Part shown: positions 54,152 through 63,846 of the stretch, piece by piece | How the letters are laid out: each line of letters begins with the position of its first letter | Numbering within the stretch: the stretch's first letter is position 1 | Assembly: GCA_009859145.1 (NCBI GenBank) | Contig: VRVR01000051.1 | Location: forward strand, 2,549 to 66,548 | Reading direction: 5' to 3' | From: Andalucia godoyi And28 | Lineage: Eukaryota; Protista; Jakobida | Length of the DNA: 64,000 nt | Made by a program: the position numbers and the translations under genes | Notes under the pieces: generated by a model | The model's input: only the letters and a program-made list of their open reading frames with translations | Databases searched by the model: none | Told to the model about the DNA's origin: nothing

Positions 54152-55024
54152 ATGGTGGACAGCAGTGATGAAGTACGAGCGCTGAGTCGTCGCGGCATTG
54201 TTTGCGGACCCGGGGAAACGGTGCTTGCGTTTGCAGCGCGCGTAAAGCACCAATTGGGACTTACAGCAGATGAGATTCGGTTGCATCCGAGTTTTTCGTG
54301 TGCGTTCTCGGAGTGTGCGGTTGTGCATGCATGGGCGCTTTCTTCGTACAGACAGGCACTCGCATTGCTGAACGCGAGGCTGGATGCGAGTCTGGATGCG
54401 CTGGATTGGGTTTTGGTAGTGGTATCGGGTGCGGGGCTCGGCACCGGTATGATGGGTGCGTGTCATGAGCGCATTGACTTTCCGGGACGCGAGGGCGTTC
54501 GGCTCGTGTTTATCCAGCTCCATCCAACATGCTTCTGCAGTCCTGCGTTTGAATGCACAGTGATTGCACACGAGTTTGTGCATGCGGTGCGATCGCAGCT
54601 TGTTGGCGATGCGGACGACGACGATGACGAAGTGTTTGCGTACCAGCTGTCGGATTCAAGGCTGGAAAGGTGGGTTGGACCACTCCATCGATCTTGGTTT
54701 CGCCATCTGGTTGTCGGGTCGTTTGCAGTTGCGCTGAATCGAAATGTGCTGCGTGCGGCGTTTGTGGGGTCGTTGGTCGTAGATGCCGCTCATGCGTACA
54801 AGCTGCGTGGACTGCTGGCGCGTGTTGCGTCACGTCTGGAGGCTTCGGGAATGCCATGTTCCGGTTTACTTTTCCGCATGTCAGCAACCGAATTGCAGAC
54901 GTTCGGTGCGCTGCTCGAGTCAGGCGTTCCTGCTGGACTTGCATTGTCACGAACAGTCGGCGAGAACAACCCAGCCAGACTCCAAGCGCTTGTCATGTTT
55001 CTGCGTACGCCAAGCAGGCTGTAA
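54152..55024 (+). CDS. HExxH...E zinc-metallopeptidase-like protein resembling a conserved hypothetical family of Chlamydiae
   Basis: VIAHEFVHAVR followed by DEVFAYQLSDSRLERWVGP, N-terminal RGIVCGPGE and C-terminal LLFRMSATEL. The family resemblance is from memory and unverified. Confidence 0.65.
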   Translation: MVDSSDEVRALSRRGIVCGPGETVLAFAARVKHQLGLTADEIRLHPSFSCAFSECAVVHAWALSSYRQALALLNARLDASLDALDWVLVVVSGAGLGTGMMGACHERIDFPGREGVRLVFIQLHPTCFCSPAFECTVIAHEFVHAVRSQLVGDADDDDDEVFAYQLSDSRLERWVGPLHRSWFRHLVVGSFAVALNRNVLRAAFVGSLVVDAAHAYKLRGLLARVASRLEASGMPCSGLLFRMSATELQTFGALLESGVPAGLALSRTVGENNPARLQALVMFLRTPSRL

Positions 55025-55165
55025 AGCAGGCTGTAGGCGAAGACGATGACGGAGAGAAAAAACAGAGCTTCATAATGGAAAAATGTACACACACACGCAC
55101 ACACAAACCTACATACATACATACATACATAAATACACACTGGGTGCCCAGCGAGGTGGGAAGAG

Positions 55166-58100
55166 TTAAAGAACGCCAATACATTGGATGCTGACGTCGA
55201 CAGTTCCCGAAGACGTCCATGCAGCATTTGATCCGGAGGCCGGCGAATACAAGTACAGATCAACATAGGAGATGGAGGGATCGACTTGAAGAAAGAACGG
55301 GGCCCCGGAGAGTTGTGCAGTGCAGATCGGAGCTCTGTGAAATGCACTGGCAAAGGATATTCGCATGAGATTCGAGGCAACGGACGGCGTGGACATCAGC
55401 AAATTCGCCCCGGCCCCCCATGCGGACGGAGTCCCTGCGACGTAGGTTCCGCTGGTGAATCTGCCGGCTGCTGACGCTAGCGACGCAGTCCGCGAAGCAT
55501 GCGAGGCCGGATTCATGATCAGCGTGTGTGCTGCAAATCCGCGAGTGGAAGAAAGCGTGGATGACATTTGCATCTTCGAGCTTGTTCGCAGGGATCCTGA
55601 ACCGGAGAGAGTGAGATGGCCGCGGCTGAGGTGAAGTGCTGAAGTCGGACTGGCGGTGCCAAGACCAACTTTCGGAGACCCAATACCACTCACGACCAAT
55701 GACGGATCCACAGCGCCATCCGAGCCTGTCATCGCAAAACCAATTACACCTTGCGCTCCGGTAGAACGGCGGTTAAAAAGGAGCGAGGATGCGGCCGCCA
55801 ACCCCCAAAACGGTGTGCTTGTGTAAAAGGACGCCGTAACACCGTCGGCCGTTGGAATGGCAGAAGAAGGATCGTCGGAATGATAAAACAGCGTCGAGTA
55901 CGAACTGCGATTCAGCCATCCAGAAGAGCCTCCAATCGTCAGGGACTGTTGCACTCGCAACGAGTACACATCCACATCCGCAATAGGATTCGCATTTCCG
56001 TTTGTGGAAATTCGGCCATCGGACGCTCGGATGATCAACACCAACTGTCTCGCGCCGGAAGACTGCAATGTTTCGTTGTGGCTCCCGATAACCCCTGCAG
56101 TGGACGCAAATGCCGTTGTTCGGGGAGACGGACCGGACTGCCGAAAGAAGACGAAGTCATTGGCGGCATCCATCATGACGTCAAAGTTGTTTCCAAGAGA
56201 ATTATTGCTCTTCCACGTGACACGATTTCCAAGCTGGAAATCAGGTTCCACATAGCTATTCGCCAACACAGGGCGCTCAAGTCGGCCGTTTCCGCTGACA
56301 TCCAAGATATGCGTTGCATACAGTCCCGCAGATGCATTCAGATTCACAGACACGCGACCGAAACCATGAATCGTAAGAGCTGGGACAGGTATCCCAGACT
56401 GCACATTCTCAAACACGATTCCGCCCGAAACATTCTTGTTGGCTTCTGATAAACGAAACTCCATCAAATCGCCGAGTATGTCGCCGAGTACGTACCCCGC
56501 TGCGCTCGAGACGTTAAAGTAATCGCGAATTCTCCAAACATCAAAAATCTTGTTTCCGTGCGACGACCGTGTAATCAAACCGGAATCGGCGAGTCGACTT
56601 GTGTTGACAAAAATGACATTACCGGCAATGTGCAGCTTCTTCAAAGGCAGCATCCGCCCAATGCCGAAATTCCCAGAGATTGCCGCATACGACAACACAT
56701 GCTGGGCACCTCCGTACTGGCCGAAGTACACGACCATGGAATTGTCCGAGATCGACGCATTGACCCGCAACTGGACAGACGACGTATTTCCAATCACAAA
56801 CGGGAAATTCGTCTGCAGCCTTGGCGACTGATTCACAGAGACATTAACGCCCACCGCCCCTGTTGAATCGATGCGAAGTGTCTGCAAGAAGGAGACATGA
56901 CTTGCCCGCCCCACGGAATCGAATGCAAGGCTGAAGAATCGGCCAAATGAAGTGGTCTGGCTTCGTCCGACAAACCCCATTTCTGGGCACTGAATCGCAT
57001 ACAGGTCTGGCCGAACAGACAAGACTCCAAGGTCCACATTTTGACCCTGAACTGTCAGATTTCCAAAAACGTTCACACTTGCTCCCTGTACACTGCCAAG
57101 AACCACAGTATCCAACAACAATGACGGGGACGAAACTTGCAAGATGCTCGCCACAGCAAACGACGTCGCCGACGCGCCAGACGCAACAACGTTGCCAGTA
57201 ACAGACAGGGTTTTCGATAGCATCGCAGCGCCAACATTGATGCTCCGGGTAAGGAGGTCGGTGGAGACAAACCCATTTCCGGTGACAGCCAGAATTCGAC
57301 CAGTTGAAACGGAATCTCTCACCACACAATCTGCGAGTACGTCGATCGCACCCGATACATTGAAAACACCTCGGAAGACTGCATCTCCCCCTGCACGAAC
57401 GACGCCGTTCACTCCCAACGTTCCCGTGATGCTCGTAGACAAATTGAGCACAACAGCAAACTGGGACACAAGCCGGCTCGTCGTCACAGATGCTGCGGCC
57501 TGGACTGTCACAGGAGCTTCGATCACAGCAGATGCTGCCGTCAACGGGCCAAGCACGTACATGTTGTCCGCAAGGGATGCGCTCGACTGTACCAATAGGT
57601 TGCCGGTAGCAGTCATGGAACTTCCGAAAATCGCAGGAGCAGCGGCATTGACGCGAGAAGACGTAACCGGACCTAATGTACAGTTTTCCACGACAAACAG
57701 CGTCAGCAACGACACTGGCGACGACAAAGTCACCAGTTGATTCAGAACTGCGCTGGAGGCAGACGTCGACCCGATCACGACAGCATTCTGAGAAACAAAG
57801 TTCCCAAACATTGCGAATCCCTGAATTTCAAACCCAGCCGAGGCGGCGACGTCGTGAAATTTACAAACGTCCGAGCAAGAAGCGGAAACGTTGCCAAGAA
57901 CGACAACAGAAGACTTGAAAAGACTGGGAAGATTTGGAGATGAAATGACGAGCGCTTCCGAATCCAGTATGCCATTTGTCAAGGATACATTCGACTGAAC
58001 CACGACGTTCCCGTCAGCAACAACAGAGCCCAGCAACGCGACAGAACCAGACAAGCTGTTGCAGGCTGTCATGCCTCTAAAATAGGCCGACGCTGCATGA

Positions 58101-60073
58101 AGGTCCTTGGAAAGGAAAGCACTGCCACCGAAAACAGCATTCCCGTTAGAGATGATACCATGAACAAGCAGCGGTCCTCCAATCACAACTGCCGGTGAGA
58201 ACATTGCTGCACCCGACACCGCAATAGAGTGATTCAAAACAAGCGCTTCCATAGCAAAAGAGCTGTTGATGGCTAATTCACCCATAATCAAACCATTTCC
58301 CAACACCGCAAGTCTCCCCGACACGGCTCCGGAATGCAAACGCACATCGCTAAGAGAATCCATCGATCCAAACAGAGCGAATTCCGCTGCATTGGAAATG
58401 ACATCTCCAAATACAGAGAGGTTCGTGGTGTTCATCGCAAACACGTCGACGCTTTGCAAAAAGGAGACGTTCTGCAACTGCAGTGCCCCAGACAGCTGCA
58501 GTGCAGAACTTGCAACAAGAGATCCATTGAAATCCGAGGTGGCAATGTTTTCGAGGCCAATAAAACGGGCGGAAGTGGATGCAAATATATTCTGAGAACC
58601 CAAAGTCTGAAGACCGAGGACCGTTAGATTGCGATGAAGCTGCACCGATCCAGACACGATGAGGTCCCCCTGCACCTGCCAGGAGTTCGACACGAACACA
58701 GAATGTGCAAAAGCATCCTGGGTCACAGATGTGCTTCTGTTCGCATAGGCATCGGCATCAACCTCTAAGTTATGCATCACCTGCAGGGTTCCAACAGACA
58801 TATTCGACGCAACAGAAACGTGAAGTCCCACAGACGCGTTGCCGAGACTTTGAACGGCACCGCTGAGTTTCATTGCGCTCGTGGCCAACAAGTCACCAAG
58901 AACTGTCGTGTTTGACAGTGACACCGTAGAGCGAAACAATGTCTGTTCAACGAAGAACACATCCGCGGCTTGGACAACAAGACGCTCAAGGTTCACGGCG
59001 AATGCATCCAGACTGGGAGCAGTTCTGAATGTTGGCGGCTGCGATTGTCTCGTAATATTTAGCGATCCACCCTCAAATATGTGGATGGCGCGCGCGACCA
59101 AAGCGCCATCGTGATCACAATTGACGGCATCCAGATTACCGGCTACGCGAACAAGAGACCCATGGAAGGATGACAGTGTGGAGCTGTCCGTTGACAACGC
59201 CCTGGCAAGACCAGACGAGGGGGTGTAGATCGAAATATTGCCTTGAAGCGTCGACAGTGACGCACTCAGGAATGACCGCAGCTCCGCCACCCGAACGGGA
59301 CCGTGGACCGTGGATCGATCGGACACTGTCGCCAGCGAGCGAACATGAAGCTTACGCATGTGCGATACGGTTTCCATCGGCTCAAGTAAATCAATGCGCT
59401 CGACGGTTCCAGAGCCTGAAATCGCCAACGAATGTACAGTGGACGGCGAACTGGATATGAGAAGCGCTCGAGAGCCGAGAAGAGTGAAGCCTGTCGCGTG
59501 GATGCCTCCACGCAGTTGCAGCGGTGCTTGCAGAACGGAAATGCCACGGACTGACAGATTTTGCTGGACGACGACATCCCCGTTGGCAAACACTCCGCCA
59601 CTCGCGAACGTCCCCTTCGAACTGCGAAATGCTGAAACTGTCAGTGATTTGGCCCCCGTGAGCGAACCGGCAATCGCAACCGACCGCAGGAATTGGACCG
59701 GAGCCTCGATTTTCCGCACCGCAATCGCATGCAGGAAGAATATGAACACCGAAACACAAACCGCAAGCAACATCGCGTAGAGCGCAAGCCCAATCACGGC
59801 TCTTCGTGAGGGTGCATAGGGATGGATAATTGGGAACACCTCCCTTTGCAGAGTGCCGTCCAGTGCAAACTCATCGGCTTCGGCAGCCGATCGAGATATA
59901 CGGTTCAGAGGAACAATCGGCGGCAGCGAGCACACGATCTCAGGCGATGCCCCGTGCTCTAACAGATAGCTCCGCACCTGTCGGTCCTCCTCGGAAAAGT
60001 CAGCAAGTGTAAACGGTTGCGAACCCACCGACGGCATCACTTTGGCATTCTTCGGTGACGAAACTTGCAGCAT
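55166..60073 (-). CDS. Type II membrane protein with a long beta-repeat, phage/viral tail-fibre-like ectodomain
   Basis: Single TM helix (AVIGLALYAMLLAVCVSVFIFFL), ~900 aa of GxLxVxG-type repeats, GNFGIG/KVGLGTASPTSALHL repeats and C-terminal RISFASAFHRAP...IQCIG. ATG at 60073. Confidence 0.8.
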   Translation of the reverse strand: MLQVSSPKNAKVMPSVGSQPFTLADFSEEDRQVRSYLLEHGASPEIVCSLPPIVPLNRISRSAAEADEFALDGTLQREVFPIIHPYAPSRRAVIGLALYAMLLAVCVSVFIFFLHAIAVRKIEAPVQFLRSVAIAGSLTGAKSLTVSAFRSSKGTFASGGVFANGDVVVQQNLSVRGISVLQAPLQLRGGIHATGFTLLGSRALLISSSPSTVHSLAISGSGTVERIDLLEPMETVSHMRKLHVRSLATVSDRSTVHGPVRVAELRSFLSASLSTLQGNISIYTPSSGLARALSTDSSTLSSFHGSLVRVAGNLDAVNCDHDGALVARAIHIFEGGSLNITRQSQPPTFRTAPSLDAFAVNLERLVVQAADVFFVEQTLFRSTVSLSNTTVLGDLLATSAMKLSGAVQSLGNASVGLHVSVASNMSVGTLQVMHNLEVDADAYANRSTSVTQDAFAHSVFVSNSWQVQGDLIVSGSVQLHRNLTVLGLQTLGSQNIFASTSARFIGLENIATSDFNGSLVASSALQLSGALQLQNVSFLQSVDVFAMNTTNLSVFGDVISNAAEFALFGSMDSLSDVRLHSGAVSGRLAVLGNGLIMGELAINSSFAMEALVLNHSIAVSGAAMFSPAVVIGGPLLVHGIISNGNAVFGGSAFLSKDLHAASAYFRGMTACNSLSGSVALLGSVVADGNVVVQSNVSLTNGILDSEALVISSPNLPSLFKSSVVVLGNVSASCSDVCKFHDVAASAGFEIQGFAMFGNFVSQNAVVIGSTSASSAVLNQLVTLSSPVSLLTLFVVENCTLGPVTSSRVNAAAPAIFGSSMTATGNLLVQSSASLADNMYVLGPLTAASAVIEAPVTVQAAASVTTSRLVSQFAVVLNLSTSITGTLGVNGVVRAGGDAVFRGVFNVSGAIDVLADCVVRDSVSTGRILAVTGNGFVSTDLLTRSINVGAAMLSKTLSVTGNVVASGASATSFAVASILQVSSPSLLLDTVVLGSVQGASVNVFGNLTVQGQNVDLGVLSVRPDLYAIQCPEMGFVGRSQTTSFGRFFSLAFDSVGRASHVSFLQTLRIDSTGAVGVNVSVNQSPRLQTNFPFVIGNTSSVQLRVNASISDNSMVVYFGQYGGAQHVLSYAAISGNFGIGRMLPLKKLHIAGNVIFVNTSRLADSGLITRSSHGNKIFDVWRIRDYFNVSSAAGYVLGDILGDLMEFRLSEANKNVSGGIVFENVQSGIPVPALTIHGFGRVSVNLNASAGLYATHILDVSGNGRLERPVLANSYVEPDFQLGNRVTWKSNNSLGNNFDVMMDAANDFVFFRQSGPSPRTTAFASTAGVIGSHNETLQSSGARQLVLIIRASDGRISTNGNANPIADVDVYSLRVQQSLTIGGSSGWLNRSSYSTLFYHSDDPSSAIPTADGVTASFYTSTPFWGLAAASSLLFNRRSTGAQGVIGFAMTGSDGAVDPSLVVSGIGSPKVGLGTASPTSALHLSRGHLTLSGSGSLRTSSKMQMSSTLSSTRGFAAHTLIMNPASHASRTASLASAAGRFTSGTYVAGTPSAWGAGANLLMSTPSVASNLMRISFASAFHRAPICTAQLSGAPFFLQVDPSISYVDLYLYSPASGSNAAWTSSGTVDVSIQCIGVL

Positions 60074-60239
60074 CTCTCGTTTAATCGCACAGCGGTGCTC
60101 CGCGGAATCATCCAAGAAATGCCCCTTTAATCAATTCTTCTACGAATACGACTACTCCTAATAATGATGCTGATGGTCATTGGATGAATTGACTCTGGCG
60201 TCCGGGATCGAAGACCGAAAAATTGTTGAAACCACCACC

Positions 60240-60684
60240 GACCGCCACCAGAGACGCTGGGTACGGTTGACAGCTCTGTGCATCAGCGTTGAACATCGAA
60301 CAACAAGATTTTCCGACCGTAGTCAAATCCAGAATTTCTTTTCATTCTTCACTTTCCTTTCTCTCTTTCTTTCATTTTCTGTTTGATTGTGTTTTCATAA
60401 TCGAACCCTCAAACAGCGTCTTTCATCAGAGACAAAGACAAAGCATCTGGTGGCTCCAAAGAGGGATCTTCCCAACAAACTCAATCCGACCATGCCCGAA
60501 GATACCGAGACCCAACAAACGCGTTGATCCCCTGTCGTCGGAGGCGGAGAGCAACATGTTTTTAAATTCACGGAGATATGATCGATTGCGTTCGGAATGC
60601 AAAACAAAAACATGTGGCTAGGATCTCTCTTCGGTGACAGCTTAGCCGATGATGATCAATAGTGATTCATGTTCTGGCGAGCGG
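60240..60684 (-). repeat. Dispersed repeat, copy B (homologous to 4999-5430)
   Basis: Same four conserved blocks as copy A. Confidence 0.85.
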
Positions 60685-60888
60685 CCATGAAGGCGAATCT
60701 TTGGCTCAACTGATGTAACTGATCAACCGCAAAAAAATCAAGTTGAAACTTACTTACACTACCTTCTTTTTTCTTCTTTCTTTCTTATTAATCATTCTTG
60801 ATCTTGAGAGACAGTCGCGAACCGCAGATTCCTACTGCGAGAAGGACAAAAGGCTTTGACAGAGGACGAAGAAAAAAAAATGAAGACT

Positions 60889-60960
60889 TGCGCATGCGGG
60901 GAGTCGAACCCCGGTCATAACCTTGGAAGGGTCACATACTAACCGTTGTACTACATGCGC
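60889..60960 (-). tRNA. trnG-TCC: tRNA-Gly(TCC)
   Basis: GCGCATG TAGTACAACGGTTAGTAT G TGACC CTTCCAA GGTTA TGAC CGGGGTTCGACTCCCCG CATGCGC A, with a downstream T-run. Confidence 0.95.
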
Positions 60961-61140
60961 CTGATTGGACAATAGAGCATTCTGCAATCATCATGTCCCT
61001 TTCGCTGTACAGAATTCCTATTTTAAAAAATCTGCAAATTGCAGAAACGCTCGTTTTTTTATGTTTTGTTTTGGTTTTTTCCGGAATGAAATGCATCACA
61101 ATAACCATAAGAAGAGCAAGAACAAGGCGTGGCGTCGGAA

Positions 61141-61365
61141 ATGGAGTCGGAAATGACGGACTGTCTTGGATGTCGCATAATGGGAACTGTTTCTTTTCTT
61201 GCGTGCTCGGGATACACGCTTTATCATCGGCCCAAGCTGACGCCGACGATCTCTGCGTCGTCTCTTCGATGGCGCCAAGCGCTTAATGTCATCTCTCTCG
61301 GGTTCTTGGGAGCTGCCGTGTATCGCTGGAACATGACTATTCACAAGAGACCCACTGCTCAATAG
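61141..61365 (+). CDS. DMAC1: DUF4536 / DMAC1-like small mitochondrial membrane protein
   Basis: DCLGCRIMG CxxC motif, two hydrophobic helices and C-terminal GAAVYRW. Confidence 0.7.
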   Translation: MESEMTDCLGCRIMGTVSFLACSGYTLYHRPKLTPTISASSLRWRQALNVISLGFLGAAVYRWNMTIHKRPTAQ

Positions 61366-61406
61366 AGAAATATCCGAGGATGACATCTAAAGTAACCTGC
61401 TACTGT

Positions 61407-62819
61407 TTACTTTTTGCTGGTCGTGCTGCGCACTGGGACAATGTAGACGGGAAGCGCAGTCTTGTTGGGGACGAAGCAGTTTCGGTGGGAGTTGACGACA
61501 TCTGGATCGTACACCGTTAGTCCATTATATAGTTCTTGGTTCCAGCGCGCGTCCTGAGACCCGTATCTCTTGCTGACGAGTGTTCCGTTTGCAGGATCAA
61601 ACCGGGGCCTTGGCGTTCGAATGTCTTTTGAAAACGGCTGGGTCGTCACCAGGGCTTCCTCGACTGGAATAATCGAGTTCAATGCAGGTTCTTGTTTGGG
61701 GGCCTCTCGGACAGGAAATGCAGAGCGCGGACGACGTTTCGGATAGTTCCGCGAAGACGAAAGTGCCGAATCCGGCTCATACCCGCTTTGGTGACTGCCA
61801 TGCTGTTCGGCGTCGTATTCATAAGGCAGATGGTTTGCATCGTCGTGGTCGTTGTCACGGAGGTGAATGCTGTGCGAGTTAACGGACCTGAGAAACTGGT
61901 TTTGCTCAAAAATCTTCTTCTGTGTGTCTTCCTGCGCCAGTGTAAAGGGATCCGAGACGACAACGGCATGTGCTCGTGGAAACGCCGACGAAGGCCTCTT
62001 CGTCTTCCCCAGTAATGGCTTGGAGGCACCCACGGAATCGGCCATGGAGCTTCTGAATCGCTGCGTCGTGTACGTTCCTCCGATGATGTACCCGTGTCGA
62101 GGACTGCTGCAAGCGCTGTTGGTAGCGCTGTTGGTGGTGCTGTTGAAATTGCTCACTTCCGAGGCACATATGCTCACTCTGCTCTCCGCACGCGACGGAA
62201 TCACAGATCCACCAGGCGCAGTACTTTGCAATCCGCCCGCCTTTGAATGCGACAGCGAGCAGTTCTTCAGCGGTGTTGGATCCAGCGGCTTGTGCTGCTG
62301 CTGCTGCTGCTGCTGCGGGTTACTGTGATGAAACGACCTGTTCAAGTCTATTGGACTAGCGCTCGATGCTGTTGCAGATCTCGGAACAACAATCCTGGAC
62401 GACAATGATGATGGCGGCTGCTGATACTGTGTCTTGCCCTTGTTGCTGTTATTGTCGTTGTTGCTCGAAGATCGGTCTTCAAGTAGCTTGCTGATGGCAG
62501 CGTCCATGACATCTGGCTTTCGGTCATTCTCGTTTGCCGATCCAAACTTCCCGTTGCTCTTTGACGGCAACAGCGACGACGGCATGCTCAGTCCCGACAG
62601 TGCCGCCGTGACGGAAAGAAACGCCGTGGCGGCTGTTAGCTGGGTCGTTGTTGAGGTCTCTGCCTTGTTTGCACTGGCATTCGTTGTAATTCGGAACGGT
62701 GAATAGTCACTCGACACATTCGATCGATAAGGAGCCGATAACGGACGAGCAGTCGGCCGAAACGCTCGACGAGCCGCATCCGGCGGCACCATCTGTTCCT
62801 CAAAGACTTGCTTCTTCAT
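61407..62819 (-). CDS. Low-complexity hypothetical protein with RPxSAP/RPxSAFP motifs
   Basis: ~470-aa ORF containing RPLSAP, RPSSAFP and RPRSAFP; no family recognised. Confidence 0.65.
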   Translation of the reverse strand: MKKQVFEEQMVPPDAARRAFRPTARPLSAPYRSNVSSDYSPFRITTNASANKAETSTTTQLTAATAFLSVTAALSGLSMPSSLLPSKSNGKFGSANENDRKPDVMDAAISKLLEDRSSSNNDNNSNKGKTQYQQPPSSLSSRIVVPRSATASSASPIDLNRSFHHSNPQQQQQQQHKPLDPTPLKNCSLSHSKAGGLQSTAPGGSVIPSRAESRVSICASEVSNFNSTTNSATNSACSSPRHGYIIGGTYTTQRFRSSMADSVGASKPLLGKTKRPSSAFPRAHAVVVSDPFTLAQEDTQKKIFEQNQFLRSVNSHSIHLRDNDHDDANHLPYEYDAEQHGSHQSGYEPDSALSSSRNYPKRRPRSAFPVREAPKQEPALNSIIPVEEALVTTQPFSKDIRTPRPRFDPANGTLVSKRYGSQDARWNQELYNGLTVYDPDVVNSHRNCFVPNKTALPVYIVPVRSTTSKK

Positions 62820-62974
62820 TAAACAAGCATTCACAGGGTGGACTGTGTTTATCCATACGCAATAAAGCAAGGATCGGGGTGACTGTACGTAGACACTATT
62901 ACTTCAATCGTCTGTTCTTCCTTTGTCTTCAGGATATCCGTCTTCTCACTGCTGACTTTCCTGAGGGGAATGCG

Positions 62975-63587
62975 GAATAATAACACGTCATTGTCATGCA
63001 TACAAAAAGAATACATAAACCGACACGGTCAAAACTGGCCGACACTAGCACGTTTGTTTCACAGGGAATCCGTGCTTACGCACGCTCGGCCAGAATTCAT
63101 TAGGTAACACATTTTCGACATTATTTAAGGCAGCATCCGTAGCCATCTATTCTATCATTCGTTGGTTTCACTTTTTTATTCAAATATGGGCGTGAGTGCG
63201 CTGGGATGACGCATTCGCCTACGCCTACGCCGCCCGATGCAGGGCCTCCTAGGTCCCGCAGACCTCCTAAGAGACAACGTGTCACTACGCCTACCACCTC
63301 TTCCTACTCTCGTATCTCCAGTTGCATCAATCGCTGCAACTGAGGACACGAAAGCGCCTGCTGCTAGGGCCGTCAGAATCAAAAAAATGCACGCTTCTCA
63401 GGAACAACGTGTCACGCTGAGAAAGTGGCTCACCGATTGATCGAGATTGGGAACGGAGCGCGGAGCATTTATCTAAAGAGCGCCGTGAGGCGTGTTGGGG
63501 GCCGATCCCCTTCCCGGCAACGCGATGCAAGATTGAATATGCATGTCTATTCGTAGATATGCATGCTCAGTGTATAATGCAGGCGTT
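62975..63587 (+). mobile_element. Non-autonomous Fanzor2/TnpB element, copy 2 (left end + N-terminal ORF remnant + omega-RNA-like right end)
   Basis: 62975-63177 aligns with the reverse complement of 37065-36860. The N-terminal remnants PPKRQRV and AVRIKKMHASQEQRVTLRKWL are fused at ~63435 to IDRDW-NGARSIYLK. The last ~150 nt are closely similar to copy 1. Confidence 0.9.
63435..63587 (+). ncRNA. Putative omega-RNA scaffold of Fanzor copy 2
   Basis: GGGG/CCCC hairpin plus TATGCATGTCTA-TTCG-TAGATATGCATG (63538-63565), which is identical in copy 1. Confidence 0.6.
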
Positions 63588-63846
63588 GTACTGGATCGGC
63601 AGATCGTTCAGCTCATTTATCGTTCCAGTGTGGTGACGTTGATGGTCCGACCGAATCGACAACCTTCGACCAGAATGCACGATAAGCGTACATGCACGAT
63701 AACCGTTCTTTCGCTCTTGGGAAAGGATCCGTCCTATCGGTGTGTCCCGACCTATGATCATTTACTTTCTTCTTTGATGTGGCATTAATTATATTATTAG
63801 TGTATTTTAAATTCTCGGTGATTTGAGGTTGAGAGGTATAGAAGCC

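Noticed and set aside
60645-60725. Apparent C/D box snoRNA (ATGATGA ... CTGA)
   Set aside because: It lies in repeat copy B, copy A does not conserve the boxes, and there is no convincing terminal stem or recognisable rRNA guide.
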